Shown: positions 12,977 to 26,287 of the stretch, piece after piece
Position numbering within the stretch: the stretch's first letter is position 1
Layout: each line of letters begins with the position of its first letter
Notes under the pieces: model-generated
What the model saw: only the letters and a program-made list of their open reading frames with translations
Database searches by the model: none
What the model was told of the DNA's origin: nothing
Assembly (NCBI GenBank): GCA_030141605.1
Contig: JAQGDQ010000703.1
Coordinates: forward strand, 1 to 64,000
Direction: 5' to 3'
DNA length: 64,000 nucleotides
DNA from: Tubiluchus corallicola
Taxonomy: Eukaryota > Animalia > Priapulida
Translations under genes and position numbers: made by a program

Positions 12977-13173
12977 CAGAATACATACTTCTGCGCTGTT
13001 TTAGTTGACTGGGTTTGATGAGTTGATCTCTCTCGCTGGCTTCATGTTGTTCCGTATACATGAGATTGTCGTCAACAGAACTGTACATATCGCTGCCATC
13101 GAACGACGGGGAAGCCGGTTCATCGCCGCTCATGTAAAATTCGTTCTGTACACTGGCTTCGTTGCCCTCAGGT
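12977..13173 (-). CDS. ARHGAP35: p190 RhoGAP exon 15 (middle region)
   Basis: PEGNEASVQNEFY...DQLIKPSQLKQRRSMYS; TAG acceptor, G|GTATGT donor. Confidence 0.85.
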
Positions 13174-14953
13174 CTACATACGAACAATTAACATAATTTA
13201 GATACATCATTTAATTCAGACTTCTAGTCGTCACAACTATGTAAAGTGTAAATTAAACTTTTTTCAGAGTTAACTCCTTCAGGACTGTAAACATTTGCTG
13301 CATTTTGCATGAATTCATGAAAAACAGCGATCACGTTATATTTGATCATTTTTGTACGTTTCTCCTCCTCCACACAATGGATTTTCATGCAAAATTATTT
13401 ATGAAATGCTTACCTATGACAAAAATATTGAAAAAGTTTTCACTAACTGCAGTGTTTGCACTGTAACAATTTACAGTATCACTGTACAGTATATGAAATC
13501 GGCTAATGCAGAAATTCTCAACTATCCAGACACAACACTCTGGTAAACTTTGGCTTCAAGTCTACTCTATTTTTAAGGAGAAATTGCTGTTAAAAATGAA
13601 ATGATCTTAATTTCTGTTTGGCTGATCAGTTGGTTTTTGCTGAAACTCTGTTCAGAAGACAGTTCTCTTGGACTGTAGCAAGCAGGTAATCAATAAAATA
13701 GTGTGTACGATCACACAAGTGTACACCAGACTAAGCTACTCAATAGCCTAAGCCTGAAAAGGGCGTGTTTTTCTTAATTTCATCCAATTAAATCACTTAC
13801 AAATGTTTAACCAAATAGCACGATTGGATAGTCTAAAAAATACATAATAATTATTGTATATATTATCAATACAGCTTCGTGCTATATGGCCTACGCGCGT
13901 CCTTCACAACAGACAAAATGGCCGTCGAATACGATCCTTTCTTGCGCCTGTGTAGCGGGCCTGGCGGCTAGGGTGATCAACATCAAACCTTTCCAACGAG
14001 ATACAGAGATGCTCTGTTTTTTCGTTTAGTACCAGATTTTCCAGTACCAAACTTTCTCAGTATAAATTATTAATACAAGGTAGCCGAGACTCTCCTAAAT
14101 AGTAGAGTACCTAAACTGCAATCATTTAGTTATGTCTGTACTCATTCAGTAGTAGAAAAGTTGCAGGTCTTATAAAGACCTGTTCACAATGGTGCAGCCA
14201 CGGAGGAGATAAACACTTAGGTTAATGTACAAACATTTGCATTTTTACTTTTATTACGAAAATTTGAGAAATTGTTTTTCTGTTCTAAATAACAACTCTC
14301 TCATCGTATGTGAATCTTTGGTTTCAGAATTTTTTAGAAATAAGCTGGAGATTTGGAAGCGAAGTGAGTTCAACTACATCATGAATGTAGACAAAACTAA
14401 ATGATTTGGGAAACTGATACTGCCGACGTTTAGAAAAATTTAGAGGAGGCCTGTCCGTAAGGTAAGTGCAAAAAGCAACAAAAAAGACAAAAAATTATTT
14501 TTAGTAGCGACGTAAAAACAAGAATATAATTGAAAATTCATTATCCGGATTCGAATAAGATGAGACTCGGTGTATGTCATGAACTGATTCACGAGTTTGT
14601 TTATGAACTTTATAAACTTTAGCAACATTATAACTTTACAGCAAGTTAGACTACAGTGAATCATTTTCTCACCTGACTGGTTTCTGATATGCATTGCCCA
14701 AGGTTAACCAGTTTCAACTGATTTGAACTTTTACAGGTTTTAATCTAGTAGTCACAACATAGTGTACAGAAAAGACAGTCAATAATAAAGTGTTTGTGCC
14801 ACTAAAGGAGTTTGGTTTATGTTGCTACATCTATTGACTAAAGCCTTTTTCACATTGGCTTTTGTCAATATATAGGTCCAGGTTCGTCCCAACAACTGTA
14901 CCTGTTAGAACAAAAACGTCACACGAGAGTTCGAAGAAAATCTGTTTACTTAC

Positions 14954-15149
14954 GCTCCGTTCTGACTCGTTCGAGACGGAATTTTCGGAATGGCGACGGG
15001 TATTGCGGCTAACGGACGTTTGTCGTGCGGCGACGTCAGCGGAAGTTGCATGCGGGGAAGTTCCATGTCGGCAAGTTTGAGCTGATACAAGGCTTCTATT
15101 TCTGGTTTCTTTTCCCAGGATTCTTTGAAGAAAGGCGTATAGATAGCAG
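14954..15149 (-). CDS. ARHGAP35: p190 RhoGAP exon 14
   Basis: TAIYTPFFKESWEKKPEIEALY...; CAG acceptor, GTAAGT donor; phases fit neighbours. Confidence 0.88.
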
Positions 15150-15835
15150 CTGCAAGAGACAGATAAGAAAGACATTAAAAGTTGTAAAAAGTTACTGTAC
15201 AACAATTCCTAGATGCGGAACGGTGGTTTGTAAACCCAGTTTGTTTCCCTCTGTGCAACTCTACCAGAAAGTTGCTTTTCTGAACACTACAACTTTGGGA
15301 AAATAAAAGCAAATTGTAATTTGGTTTTTACTTTTGATATGAGAACTAAATTGAACATATACATTGTACAATCTCATATTACATAAATCTCAGATTATTG
15401 CTTTCCCCAACATTAGATGGCGCCACATACAGAACATACCGAACATATACAATATCGTATTACATAAATCTCAGATTATTGCTTTCTCCATTATTAGATG
15501 GCGCCACATACAGATTGCAAGGTCAAGGGTGCAAGATCATCTGTAACGCTTTGAAATGTTTCTTTTCGAATGACGAATTCATTAAAGCTACCAAATTCTT
15601 TTTTCTCTGAAGTTATCCACGTATTTTGGTAAGAAGAAGTGCCTCAATCTTGAGTTTATTATCTGACTATTTTCTGGGAATTATACTCTTTGTTTTTATT
15701 CATATTACACATGCACCTGCAGCTGTAGCAGAGTCAGCGCACCATAAGGTGTGTGACACAAAATAAGCCAATAAACAGGCACGTTATCGAAACAGAAGTT
15801 ACAAAGAGAAAGCGAAATTTAAGAAGCAAAGGAAA

Positions 15836-16466
15836 CTGATGACGAAACGAAACAGAACCGAAATCATTTTTGCAAAAACACTACAATCAAAACTTTCTGA
15901 AAAATTCTGAAGTAAATAAAAGACTTTGTTTTTGCTTGTTTGCTTTTATTTTGCTTTGATACAAACTTGAAGAAGCAGCAAGACAAGAAATCTTAACCAA
16001 AAAAGTAGAACAATATTTTGTAGTTAAAATTATGAAGCTTTAAAAAATTGACAAGTTTATTTTGTAAACATTTTGTTGCCTATATTTCATAAATTAAAAA
16101 ATTGAACTTCGTTTTATTCAAATTAGACTTTGATATTTCGGTTGATTGTGCCTGGAAACCATAAAGCTTCACAGTCGTCAGCACTGAAGATATGCCGCAT
16201 TGCCATAAAAAACATGCTACAAATGGTACAAAAAGTTAAATAAACGATATTTACGCTTTATTTGATCTATTTTACACAAAATTTTCTGCGATTTTTACCA
16301 TCTAGGAAAAAGGTAAGCTGGATAATTACTACAGGTAAAAATGTTAGGGAAAATTGCCGAAAGTTTCGACGACAAAACTTAATAACTTCCCGCAAAATTG
16401 AAACTCAACCGACAGTACGATTATCGGCAAACCCAAATGAAATTTTCATTTCATTAACATCCCCGC
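15836..16466 (+). mobile_element. Dispersed repeat family D, copy 1
   Basis: Homologous to 24361-24997 (shared CACAGTCGTCAGCACTGAAGATATGCC and flanks). Confidence 0.75.
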
Positions 16467-17011
16467 CAGTAAATAACATTTCTTTGCCTAGATCACCATT
16501 TTATTTCCTCAAGATGACTGTAACTGCAATATGCATAACGACACTTATTTATTGGAAGGTGCTGCCCTCTACGAGCAGTGCGAGGAGGAATGGACAGGAG
16601 GAGAACAATGATGGTCGCGTTTTTATTTACAGCAATGTTTTTTGTCGTTATCGTGTTATAGTTAATAACAGCGTTTAGTTATAACCAAATTTGTACCTTG
16701 AGAAACTAAATCTTGATGAAGAGCCAACGATGTAAGTTACATGAACTTAAATAATTTAATTAAGTTTACGAATTCGATGTCTGAAATTTGAGAAAGTATT
16801 TTTACCAATAAGTTGACATCTTCTTAATTATTAAGCTTCTGTTTATCATTCTATTTATTTTTCTGACTTGTTAATGTTCTGTTTATTATTCTTTTTAGAA
16901 TAAAAGAGACTTTGGAACATGAATGAAATAGTGAAGGCTTTCTGTACATAACAATGACAATCTAGTTAAACCTTATCACACAGACCTAGGAAAACGCGCA
17001 TGGGTACTTAC

Positions 17012-17193
17012 TCTGATGTTGAAAACTAGCCGACGTCGTCAGAAATCTTGCAGCTATCTGATCAGCTAAAGCGTTACCCTCGGTGATCAGACCCTGACTG
17101 AATTCATTGTTGAAAAAAGCAAAGGCGCCGCCGCTTTCCGTTACGGCCAGAATCAGAACCGGAGTGTTCAGACCCAATCCGCTGACAAATGAT
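17012..17193 (-). CDS. ARHGAP35: p190 RhoGAP exon 13 (pG2)
   Basis: SFVSGLGLNTPVLILAVTESGGAFAFF...LITEGNALADQIAARF; GTAAGT donor. Confidence 0.92.
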
Positions 17194-17784
17194 CTAAATG
17201 AAAAACAAAAAAAAGTTACGAAGGTCGTAAATGGCTTCACAATCCTTGCTGCATTACAAATCTTAAAACTACTTCAGGTACCTTGGCAAGTTATAAAAGC
17301 AAGCGCTTCAGCAAAATTACATGTCGTGCTCCCAGAATTGCCAGGGATTGTTCCACAAAATTCTTGTAGATCTAAATTGTTGGTTGCTCAACATTCGTTT
17401 GCCAGTAGAGTAGGTTACAGGTTACATGAGACAACTAGAATTTTTTTTTAATTTAGTTAACTCACTTAGCATTACTGGTTACATACATCAATAAGCATTA
17501 CAGTTACAGTTACTATGCTTCACACACGAATCTGAAATAATCAGATTAATATATTTAACAGTTTTAGCATACAATATTGCTGAGAAGTGACTGTGCGTGT
17601 GACTACACGTGTTACAGCTTTTGAAATTTCAACTTGTGATGGTAACAACAAACATTTGCAAGCAGAAAAACGGACCAAGTCGTCATTTTTTCAGTAAATT
17701 TGGCTCCGACACGCATTTCTTTCAATCCACGAAGTTAGTGAACCAGCAGGGCAACAGCTAATTAATGGTTACAGACATCAGGGA

Positions 17785-18720
17785 CAATGAAGTGGACTGT
17801 AGCCACTATGAAGTGGACTGTAGTCGCGACAAAGTGGACTGTGGCCACGATGAAGTGAACTGTAGCCACGATGAAGTGGACTGTAACCACGACGAAGTGG
17901 ACTGTAACCACTATGAAGTGGACTGTAGCCACGACGAAGTGGACTGTGGCCACGATGAAGTGGACTGTAACCACGACAGACTGGACTGTAACCACGATGA
18001 ACTGGACTGTAGCCACTATGAAGTGGACTGTGGCCACGATGAAGTGGACTGTAGCCACTATGAAGTGGACTGTAACCACGACAGACTGGACTGTAACCAC
18101 GATGAACTGGACTGTAGCCACTATGAAGTGGACTGTAACCACGACAGACTGGACTGTAACCACGATGAACTGGACTGTAGCCACTATGAAGTGGACTGTA
18201 GCCACTATGAAGTGGACTGTGGCCACGATGAAGTGGACTGTAGCCACTATGAAGTGGACTGTAACCACGACAGACTGGACTGTAGCCACGATGAAGTGGA
18301 CTGTAGCCACGATGAAGTGGACTGCAACCATGATGAAGTGGACTGTAGCCACGACGAAGTGGACTGTAACCATGATGAAGTGGACTGTAGCCAAGACAAA
18401 GTGGACTGTAGCCACGATGAAGTGGACTGTAACCATGATGAAGTGGACTGTAACCATGATGAAGTGGACTGTAACCATGACGAAGTGGACTGTAACCACG
18501 ACGAAGTGGACTGTAACCACGATGAAGTGGACTGTAACCACGATGAAGTGGACTGGAACCACGACGAAGTGGACTGTAGCCACGAAGAAGTGAACTGTAA
18601 CCACGATGAAGTGAACTGTAACCACGATGAAGTGGACTGTAACCACGATGAAGTGGACTGTAACCACGACAGACTGGACTGTAACCACGATGAACTGGAC
18701 TGTAACCACGATGAAGTGGA
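17785..18720. repeat. 21-bp minisatellite
   Basis: GAAGTGGACTGTARCCACGAT, about 44 copies. Confidence 0.97.
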
Positions 18721-18877
18721 AGGCATATTACGCGATGATGACCATAGCCTGGCCAAGTAAAGTTTGCTATAATAACGAATTGTAAGTTATCTAATAAAGT
18801 ATCTATACCTCAAATAAACATTATCAGTATAAACTAGTAACTATGTTGTTCTATAAAACATTGTAAATGAAACTAAC

Positions 18878-18990
18878 CGTAATACTGCTAGTGAAGCTTT
18901 GCGCTTGGCAGAATAGACTAGAATGTAACCGTGACACAAATCATCTTTCATAGTTCCAGCAGTGTGATACGATGTTGCAAACACTTCCAC
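18878..18990 (-). CDS. ARHGAP35: p190 RhoGAP exon 12 (pG2)
   Basis: VEVFATSYHTAGTMKDDLCHGYILVYSAKRKASLAVLR. Confidence 0.93.
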
Positions 18991-19344
18991 CTAAAACCAA
19001 ATCTTATAATAGAGACAAACGCAGCGAGTTTACTGTTTATACATTATTATGATATATTATGACTCCATTATACTTGCTTATGTCTAAGAATTATGCTTGT
19101 GTTATAAAGTATATTTCAGTTGCCATTGTTATTATGTTTCAGTTCTTATTTCAGTTCAGTTTTATTTCAATTATTTTCAGTTTGAGTTTTTTTTATATTA
19201 TGCACTTATTATTACTGTGTATGAATTGTACTAACACGTTATAAGCATATCAATTTAATGTCATTCGTAACAATTAATTTTTATTATAAGCAGTACTAAC
19301 ACTAATACACTGTAGCATAGTGCCTATTAAAAATGTTCATCACG

Positions 19345-19459
19345 AACCAAAGGGCAGCTGACTAGATGACCAATTGGTCTTTCGCTGCCCTTTCTTCACA
19401 TTTTTGTTTCCAAATTAATTGTATTACAACTGTGCGTGTGTTACAAGATAAATAAAAAG

Positions 19460-19508
<49 letters not shown>
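19345..19508 (+). mobile_element. CR1-clade LINE 3' end
   Basis: Stem-loop with GACTAGATGACC-AATT-GGTC, followed by AATAAA and a (TTA)n tail. Confidence 0.65.
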
Positions 19509-19509
<1 letters not shown>

Positions 19510-19698
19510 AGTGTTAAGCCTTTTCACACTGACACAATACTGAACGAAAAAATGTTGATTCATTTTTAATTTGAAACTTAAAATCATTTTTGCATACTAC
19601 TGACTAATCCAAGCATATGCAAGTATAACATTTAGATGGGCTACTAACTAACAACTGCTGCTATACAAGAATAATGCTTAAGATAAAATATAATGATA

Positions 19699-20684
19699 CA
19701 GGGTGTCTATAAAGTCTCTTTACAGTTTTAAAAATTTATTACATCGGCAGTTGACAAGATATCTTAACAGATTTGTTTTATTCAGTGTTTATTTAAGTTT
19801 GAGATCAAATAAAAATTTTTGAGTTTTATGTAGGTCCCCTGTAGGTAGAAGGGTATTGTTAACTGAAACTCCAAAAATGGGTACCCCTCAAGAGAAGGCA
19901 CAGTGTGTATAATGGTGTATTGAGACAGAATCGTATGTGCAGAGATATGTATGGAAGAGATCCATGGGGTTATGTGAAAGACATCGTGTATCGAACAAAG
20001 ATACGGGACATTACTGACTTGAAGCAAGGGATTTCTGATGCCATCGCCACCATTGATGAGGCTACGACGAAACTACAGAACTAAGTATGAAAGAGATCCA
20101 TGGGGTTATGTGAAAGACATCGTGTATCGAACAAAGATACGGGACATTACTGACTTGAAGCAAAGGACGGATTTCTGATGCCATCGCCACCATTGATGAG
20201 GCTATGACGAAACTACAGAACTAAGTATGGAAGAGATCCATTGGGTTATGTGTGAAAGACATTGTGTATCGAACAAAGATACGGGACATTACTGACTTGA
20301 AGCAAGGGATTTCTGATGCCATCGCCACCATTGATGAGGCTATGACGAAACTACAGAACTAAGTATGAAAGAGATCCATGGGGTTATGTGAAAGACATTG
20401 TGTATCGAACAAAGATACGGGACATTACTGACTTGAAGCAAAGGACGGATTTCTGATGAGATTGCCACCATTGATGAGGCTATGCTACAGCGAACATGGC
20501 AAGAAATCGTGTACCGTCTTGATGTGCTTCGTGCAACTTATGGTGCCCATATAGAGGTGTATTAAATGAGTTAAAAAAACTTTGACAACCACTGATTACA
20601 TTAGAACAAATCTAGTTAACAAATCTCATCACCTGCCTTTGTAATAAATTTTTAAGACTGTAAAGAGACTTTATAGACACCCTG
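19699..20684 (+). mobile_element. Internally deleted Tc1/mariner element
   Basis: TA-flanked TIRs CAGGGTGTCTATAAAGTCTCTTTACAGT; transposase remnants MGTPQEKAQCV and WGYVKDIVYRTKIRDITDLKQ...QRTWQEIVYRLDVLRATYGAHIEVY-stop. Confidence 0.92.
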
Positions 20685-20894
20685 TATTTAAATCTTTAAC
20701 GTTTAATTTACATAGCTCACAGTTCTAATCTAAGTAGATTTTTGTTATCAGCGTGGTAGAAGAGTGGTAGAATTGATGACATTTCGGTCTTTTCACCACC
20801 CTGTCTCTCTCTTAGCTGTCACATCATTTGTTAATATTAAGTTTACTATGGTATTGAGACAAATTAGTCTGTATTCACAATTCCAGAGATTGAT

Positions 20895-21245
20895 GATGAT
20901 CGTGAAAAGGTCAAAGGTTAAGTGTACCAAACAATGCATTTGTATACATTTGACAATGCCTTGCAGCTCACGCCATTGTAACAGTAAGTTTTAACAGCTA
21001 GCTAGAACCTTATCTCGTTCATTTTTTCTTGTTCCCAAGCAAGATCCTGCTAGTAAATCATTCTACGCACAGACTAATGCATAATTAAGTACAGTCCACG
21101 TAAAACAACTGAATTACTGAACTGATGCAGCAGATGGCTTTGCCTTACCCACATGTCACGTGACTGTTGTAGTTAAGAAGCGTTGCTGTGGTACACTTAA
21201 CCTTTCACCTATTACAACTGCGCGTGCGCACAACAAAACTGTGAA
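20895..21245 (+). mobile_element. Dispersed repeat family E, copy 1
   Basis: AAAGGTTAAGTGTACCA...TTTGACAATGCC...TAATGCATAATTA; inverted homolog at 57545-57895. Confidence 0.65.
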
Positions 21246-21452
21246 ACGTATATTGGAAGGCACATAACAGTACGCGTAATGTGTACCTCTCAAGCTTAAA
21301 CAAAATTAAAACAGTTAACACAAAAGCCAGATAACAAGCAACCAACCAAACCAATGACAGGTTCGCATAACTTAACTGTCAACAATATTTTCTTCAAATT
21401 CAACAAAGTATGGGAAAATATCCAATTATAACACCTGTTGTCGGAGACACAC

Positions 21453-21591
21453 CTTTTGTTTAGCATCTCCTAGAAAAGTTTCTAAAGTGATGCTGTTTTC
21501 ATCGCTCGCGTAGCAACACTGATGACTTAGCAACGGACCAAGTACAAGCTCCGCCGGGTACGGATCATCACACATCATGCACAACGTAATC
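21453..21591 (-). CDS. ARHGAP35: p190 RhoGAP exon 11 (pG2)
   Basis: RITLCMMCDDPYPAELVLGPLL...ITLETFLGDAKQK resembles p190 RIVMCLMCGDPF. Confidence 0.92.
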
Positions 21592-21801
21592 CTAGGAATA
21601 AAAATGAAAATTACATCTGATCTCTGTAGACTGCTCTGCCGAGAATAACAAACAACGGATAGAAAGAACAAGTCGTTTTCAAAATTAAAAAAAAATAAAT
21701 TCGATCACGAATGTTGGAAGGTGCTCAGCTAGCACCCCAGTCATGCATCCGCCATTACAGCAGCTCAACATCCAGAAAGCAGGGAGTTTAAAATTTATCA
21801 A

Positions 21802-23867
21802 CAGCAAGTCTTCGTTTAACGACGCTATTGTGTGACGCATGACTTCAGCAAAGTGTGACGTTAAGTGAAACGTCGTTAAACGAAGCCAAGACTTCCATAG
21901 AAAGTAATGTAAGAGAATTGAGACATTAAGTGAAACGTCGTTAAACGAAGCCAGGACGTCCATAGCAAGTAATGTAAAAGAATTGAGACATTAAGTGAAA
22001 CGTCGTTAAACGAAGCCAGGAGGTTCATAGTAAGTAATGTAAAAGAATTGAGACATTAGGTGAAACGTCGTTAAACGAAGCCAGGATGTCCATGGCAAGT
22101 AATGCAAAAGAATTGAGACATTAAGTGAAACGTCGTTAAACGAAGCCAGGATGTTCATAGCAAGTAATGTAAAAGAATTGAGATATGTTCCAGAAGCAAA
22201 ATCAATACTGGTTAAATCATTTAAGCTAACTAAACATTCTATGAGTTTTATTCATATTTCTACTGATTAATTTCTTTCTGTTTGCCTAAAACCACCTATA
22301 TATCTTACTTACCACTACGTAGCTATAGTGGTTTCTCTTTCATTAACGTTTAAGCCTAGCCAGGGGTTAAACAATAAACACTGCACAGTCAAGCCCTGGT
22401 GTGAAATTGGGAATTTTGTCTACTTGCTTAGTCCAGTTGCTATAGCAACAGGTTGCAGGCAAAATTGCCCGCTGGTCACTTGATACTTAATACAAACCGC
22501 TAGTAATACAGTAGTAGCATCAGTGGTCAGTCACAAAGCAAAAACATTTATAATAATTGTGTTACGTTACTAGGGTGTTCTTAGAACAGAATAATTCAAT
22601 GTGTACCGTTTTAATGCATCAAATTAAGTAAAAATGTTGTTGATGAGATAAAAAATTGCTTTGAACAAAGTAAAATGTTGTTAAAGTGAAACGTGCGTCG
22701 TTAAGTAAAGAAAGGTTTGAGCAAAGTAAAAGAAAAACGTCGTTAAAGTGAAACGTCCGTCGTTAAGTGAAGAAAGGCGTCGTTAAAGTGAAACGTCTCG
22801 TTAAGTGAAGAAAGGTTTGAGCAAAGTAAATGAAAAACGTCGTTAAAGTGAAACGTCCGTCGTTAAGTGAAGAAAGGTTTGAGTTAAGTAAAAGAAAAAT
22901 GTCGTTAAAGTGAAACGTCCGTCGTTAAGTGAAGAAAGGTTTGAGCAAAGTAAAAGAAAAATGTAGTTAAAGTGAAACGTCCGTCGTTAAGTCAAGAAAG
23001 GTTTGAGCAAAGTAAAAGAAAAATGTCGTTAAAGTAAAACGTCCGTCGTTAAGTGAAGAAAGGTTTGAGTAAAGTAAAAGAAAAATGTCGTTAAAATGAA
23101 ACGTCCGTCGTTAAGCGAACAAAGGTTTGAGCAAAGTAAAAGAAAAATGTCGTTAAAGTGAAACGTCCGTCGTTAAGTGAAGAAAGGTTTGAGCAAAGTA
23201 AAAGAAAAATGTAGTTAAAGTGAAACGTCCGTCGTTAAGTGAAGAAAGGTTTGAGCAAAGTAAAAGAAAAATGTTGTTAAAGTGAAACGTGCGTCGTTAA
23301 GTGAAGAAAGGTTTGAGCAAAGTAAAAGAAAAATGTAGTTAAAGTGAAACGTGCGTCGTTAAGTGAAGAAAGGTTTGAGCAAAGTAAAAGAAAAATGTCG
23401 TTAAAATGAAACGTGCGTCGTTAAGTGAAGAAAGGTTTGAGCAAAGTAAAAGAAAAATGTCGTTAAAGTGAAACGTCCGTCGTTAAGTGAAGAAAGGTTT
23501 GAGCAAAGTAAAAGAAAAATGTCGTTAAAGTGAAACGCCCGTCGTTAAGTGAAGAAAGGTTTGAGCAAAGTAAATGAAAAATGCCGTTAAAGTGAAACGT
23601 GCGTCGTTAAGTGAAGAAAGGTTTGAGCAAAGTAAAAGAGAAATGTCGTTAAAGTGAAACGTGCATCGTTAAGTGAAGAAAGGTTTGAGCAAAGTAAAAG
23701 AAAAATGTTGTTAAAGTGAAACGTGCGTCGTTAAGTGAAGAAAGGCTTGAGCAAAGTAAAAGAAAAATGTTGTTAAAGTGAAACGTGCTTCGTTAAGTGA
23801 AGAAAGGTGTCAAACGATTGTGTCGTTCAAACGAAACATCGCTAAACGGGAAGTCGCTAAGCGAGGA
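21802..23867 (-). mobile_element. MITE family C, copy 2 (inverted), with 65-bp and 62-bp arrays
   Basis: TIR CAGCAAGTCTTCGTTTAACGAC; arrays at about 21860-22185 and 22670-23807. Confidence 0.85.
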
Positions 23868-23965
23868 GATATTGAAAATGTGTTTCTCACATCACTGTCT
23901 AATTAAATCCAATGTCAGGCATTTGTAACAAGCATCATAAAGATTACAGGTGGCGCTGAACTCAC

Positions 23966-24139
23966 CTGACGTCGAATTCCATACTCTCACCCATCCCCTG
24001 ATGCGGCTGCACGAACGTCGCACGATGACGGATGCTTTCCACCATCGCCCTCAGAGCGTAAAATACCTGCTCTTCCGTGAAAAAGCGCCCCTGGTGTCGG
24101 AATGATCCGGGAACGTTGTCGACGAATGCGCACTGTAGG
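23966..24139 (-). CDS. ARHGAP35: p190 RhoGAP exon 10
   Basis: LQCAFVDNVPG...FFTEEQVFYALRAMVESIRHR...EFDVR; AG|GTGAGT donor. Confidence 0.9.
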
Positions 24140-24360
24140 CTAAATACAATTACACGAACATTTTCAAAATAAACAAGAATATTATTATCAACTTTACAAA
24201 AATCTAATTATTGGGTTAACTGACCGTTGGCCAGAGTAAAAGAATGATGATAAAGCTTTATTAGTCGAAAAGGTGATAACCTAGGATGACTCTCACCTGG
24301 AAAATGACACTAAATTACCTTATTGCAAAACCTACCTATTGTGCATAAACATGTTAAGTC

Positions 24361-24997
24361 CACGGATGTTAACGAAACTGAAATTACAAACCGAAAAAAG
24401 CGAAATTTGTGAAACGTAGGAAATCGATGCCGAAATCGTTTTTGCAAAACCGACCACTATCGAAGCGGAAAAAAATTCTGAAAAGAATAAACTACTTTGT
24501 TTTTGCTTGTTATTTGCTTTGATACAAGCTTAATAAAGTAGCAAGACAAGAAATCTTAACCGGAAAAGTAGAACAGGAACTTGAAGCTCAAAAAAGTAAC
24601 AACTTTTATTTCATAAATTATAAAATCAAATATGCTTTTTTCAAATTACGCTTCTATATTTCGGTTGATTGTACCAGGAAACCTTAAAGGTTCACAGTCG
24701 TCAGCACTGAAGATATGCCACATTGCCATAAAAAGCGTTCCACAAATGGTGCAAAAAGTTACATAAACGATATTTATGCTTTATTTGAACTATTTTAGCC
24801 AAACTAATATCTAGGAGAAATGTCTTTAACATCTAGAAAAAAATGTCAGCTGGACAAATACAACTAAAACCTCAGAAAAATGCTACCAAAAATCACCAAA
24901 GGTTTCCACCATGAAAGTTAATTTTGACGAAAACGAAACAGAACCAAAAATGCAATTATCGATGAACCGAAACGAAGTCGTTTTAGTAACATCCGTG
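24361..24997 (+). mobile_element. Family D TIR element, copy 2
   Basis: Termini CACGGATGTTA / TAACATCCGTG. Confidence 0.8.
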
Positions 24998-25116
24998 TTT
25001 AATTCATCTCTAAAATCTGTCAATATGTCGTTTCATTTTTTCAATATAAAATACTCGAACCACAAGAAAAACTCAGGTATGAAACTTAGTGGCCTTCACG
25101 TCCAAAAATAGTTTAC

Positions 25117-25318
25117 CTGTCTGCCAGATCCTGTCCTTCCACACGCAGCATCATCAGATCCTTTTCCCGGAGTACCGGATCGACGGCAAACACGATTACG
25201 ATCGGCAGCCCGTGAAACGGTAGACGATCGTCACTTTCTAAACTGCCTTGCAGCGTCTTGCGTAAACTATCACGTATGAACTGTAGAGACTCGAACGAGT
25301 CGTAAACGCAGAAACAAC
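25117..25318 (-). CDS. ARHGAP35: p190 RhoGAP exon 9 (pG1)
   Basis: GCFCVYDSFESLQFIRDSLRKTL...LPIVIVFA...EGQDLADR. Confidence 0.92.
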
Positions 25319-25342
25319 CTGTAAATTTCAACTGGACGTATC

Positions 25343-25992
25343 ATATGTGTTGCTTATGACCGTCCATATGTAGGCATGGCTAAAACTACATTCAAAGAAG
25401 AATGCATCAAAAATTTGACCAAATGTGGATACTTCGTTTTTTATAAAAACCAACGCTAAATATATTGGACTTTTATATTCTAGTACCAAATTATCAAGAA
25501 AATGTGTAAAAATACTAAAAATCTAATTTTATAATCCCGCAGCCACTTTTCTGGATACGAACTGGTGCTGCAATTGTAAAAAACTGCCATTTTTAAACTC
25601 CAATAGTAGCTCGTGGAACCTGTCATTTTACTTCAGATTTTTTCTGTTTCCGAATCCACACCTTTATCAGGAAGGACCATCTACTGAATTTAAACACAAC
25701 TTCAATATGTTCATGCAGAGTCCGTAGCAACCAACGTTTGTACGGTTGCTAAGTGTTTTGTAGAAATACGACAAAAAACACTGGCTGACTTTAACAGTGA
25801 TTTTTTCAAGATTCTGTTTTTCAGTGCGCAGCCTGCACCTCAACTTCAACATGGATTATCTCAGCTTAGAAATAACAAAGAGTGATGAACTTGGTATCAA
25901 AATGATCCTCATGAAATGGAGATTCAGGATATGCAAACTAGAAAAGCTTAGCTGCTGACTTGTGGACAATTTTGCTACATAAGCACACATAT
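25343..25992 (+). mobile_element. Family A element, copy 2
   Basis: Homology to 7665-8327; lies about 25 bp from the exon 9 acceptor. Confidence 0.85.
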
Positions 25993-26163
25993 TAAATGAA
26001 CAATTTACAGCTCTATCAAAATGTTAAAGCAAAAATTTATTTTTTCAAGTCCGACAAACTCACAGAGTCAATTCTATTTTGAAACCAATTTGCCAGAAAA
26101 AACTTCAAACATTTCATTACATTTGCGTTATTGTTTACCAATACCAAAAATCACGTTGCATAC

Positions 26164-26287
26164 CATGAGGAAAGAAGTCTGCTGTTCGAAAGGCATTCTG
26201 GGGTTGACTAACATTGCCATCTATTGGCCGGTAATCTAACGTATATACTAAGTCGTCGTAAGTATATTCATCATTTATACACTCAGC
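26164..26287 (-). CDS. ARHGAP35: p190 RhoGAP exon 8 (pG1)
   Basis: AECINDEYTYDDLVYTLDYRPIDGNVSQPQNAFRTADFFPHG; CAG acceptor, GTATGC donor. Confidence 0.9.

Noticed and set aside
17762-18760. 331-aa His/Cys/acidic HDEVDC repeat protein suggestive of metal binding
   Set aside because: Open in multiple frames on both strands because of the 21-bp unit; no unique flanking coding sequence; antisense within a p190 intron.
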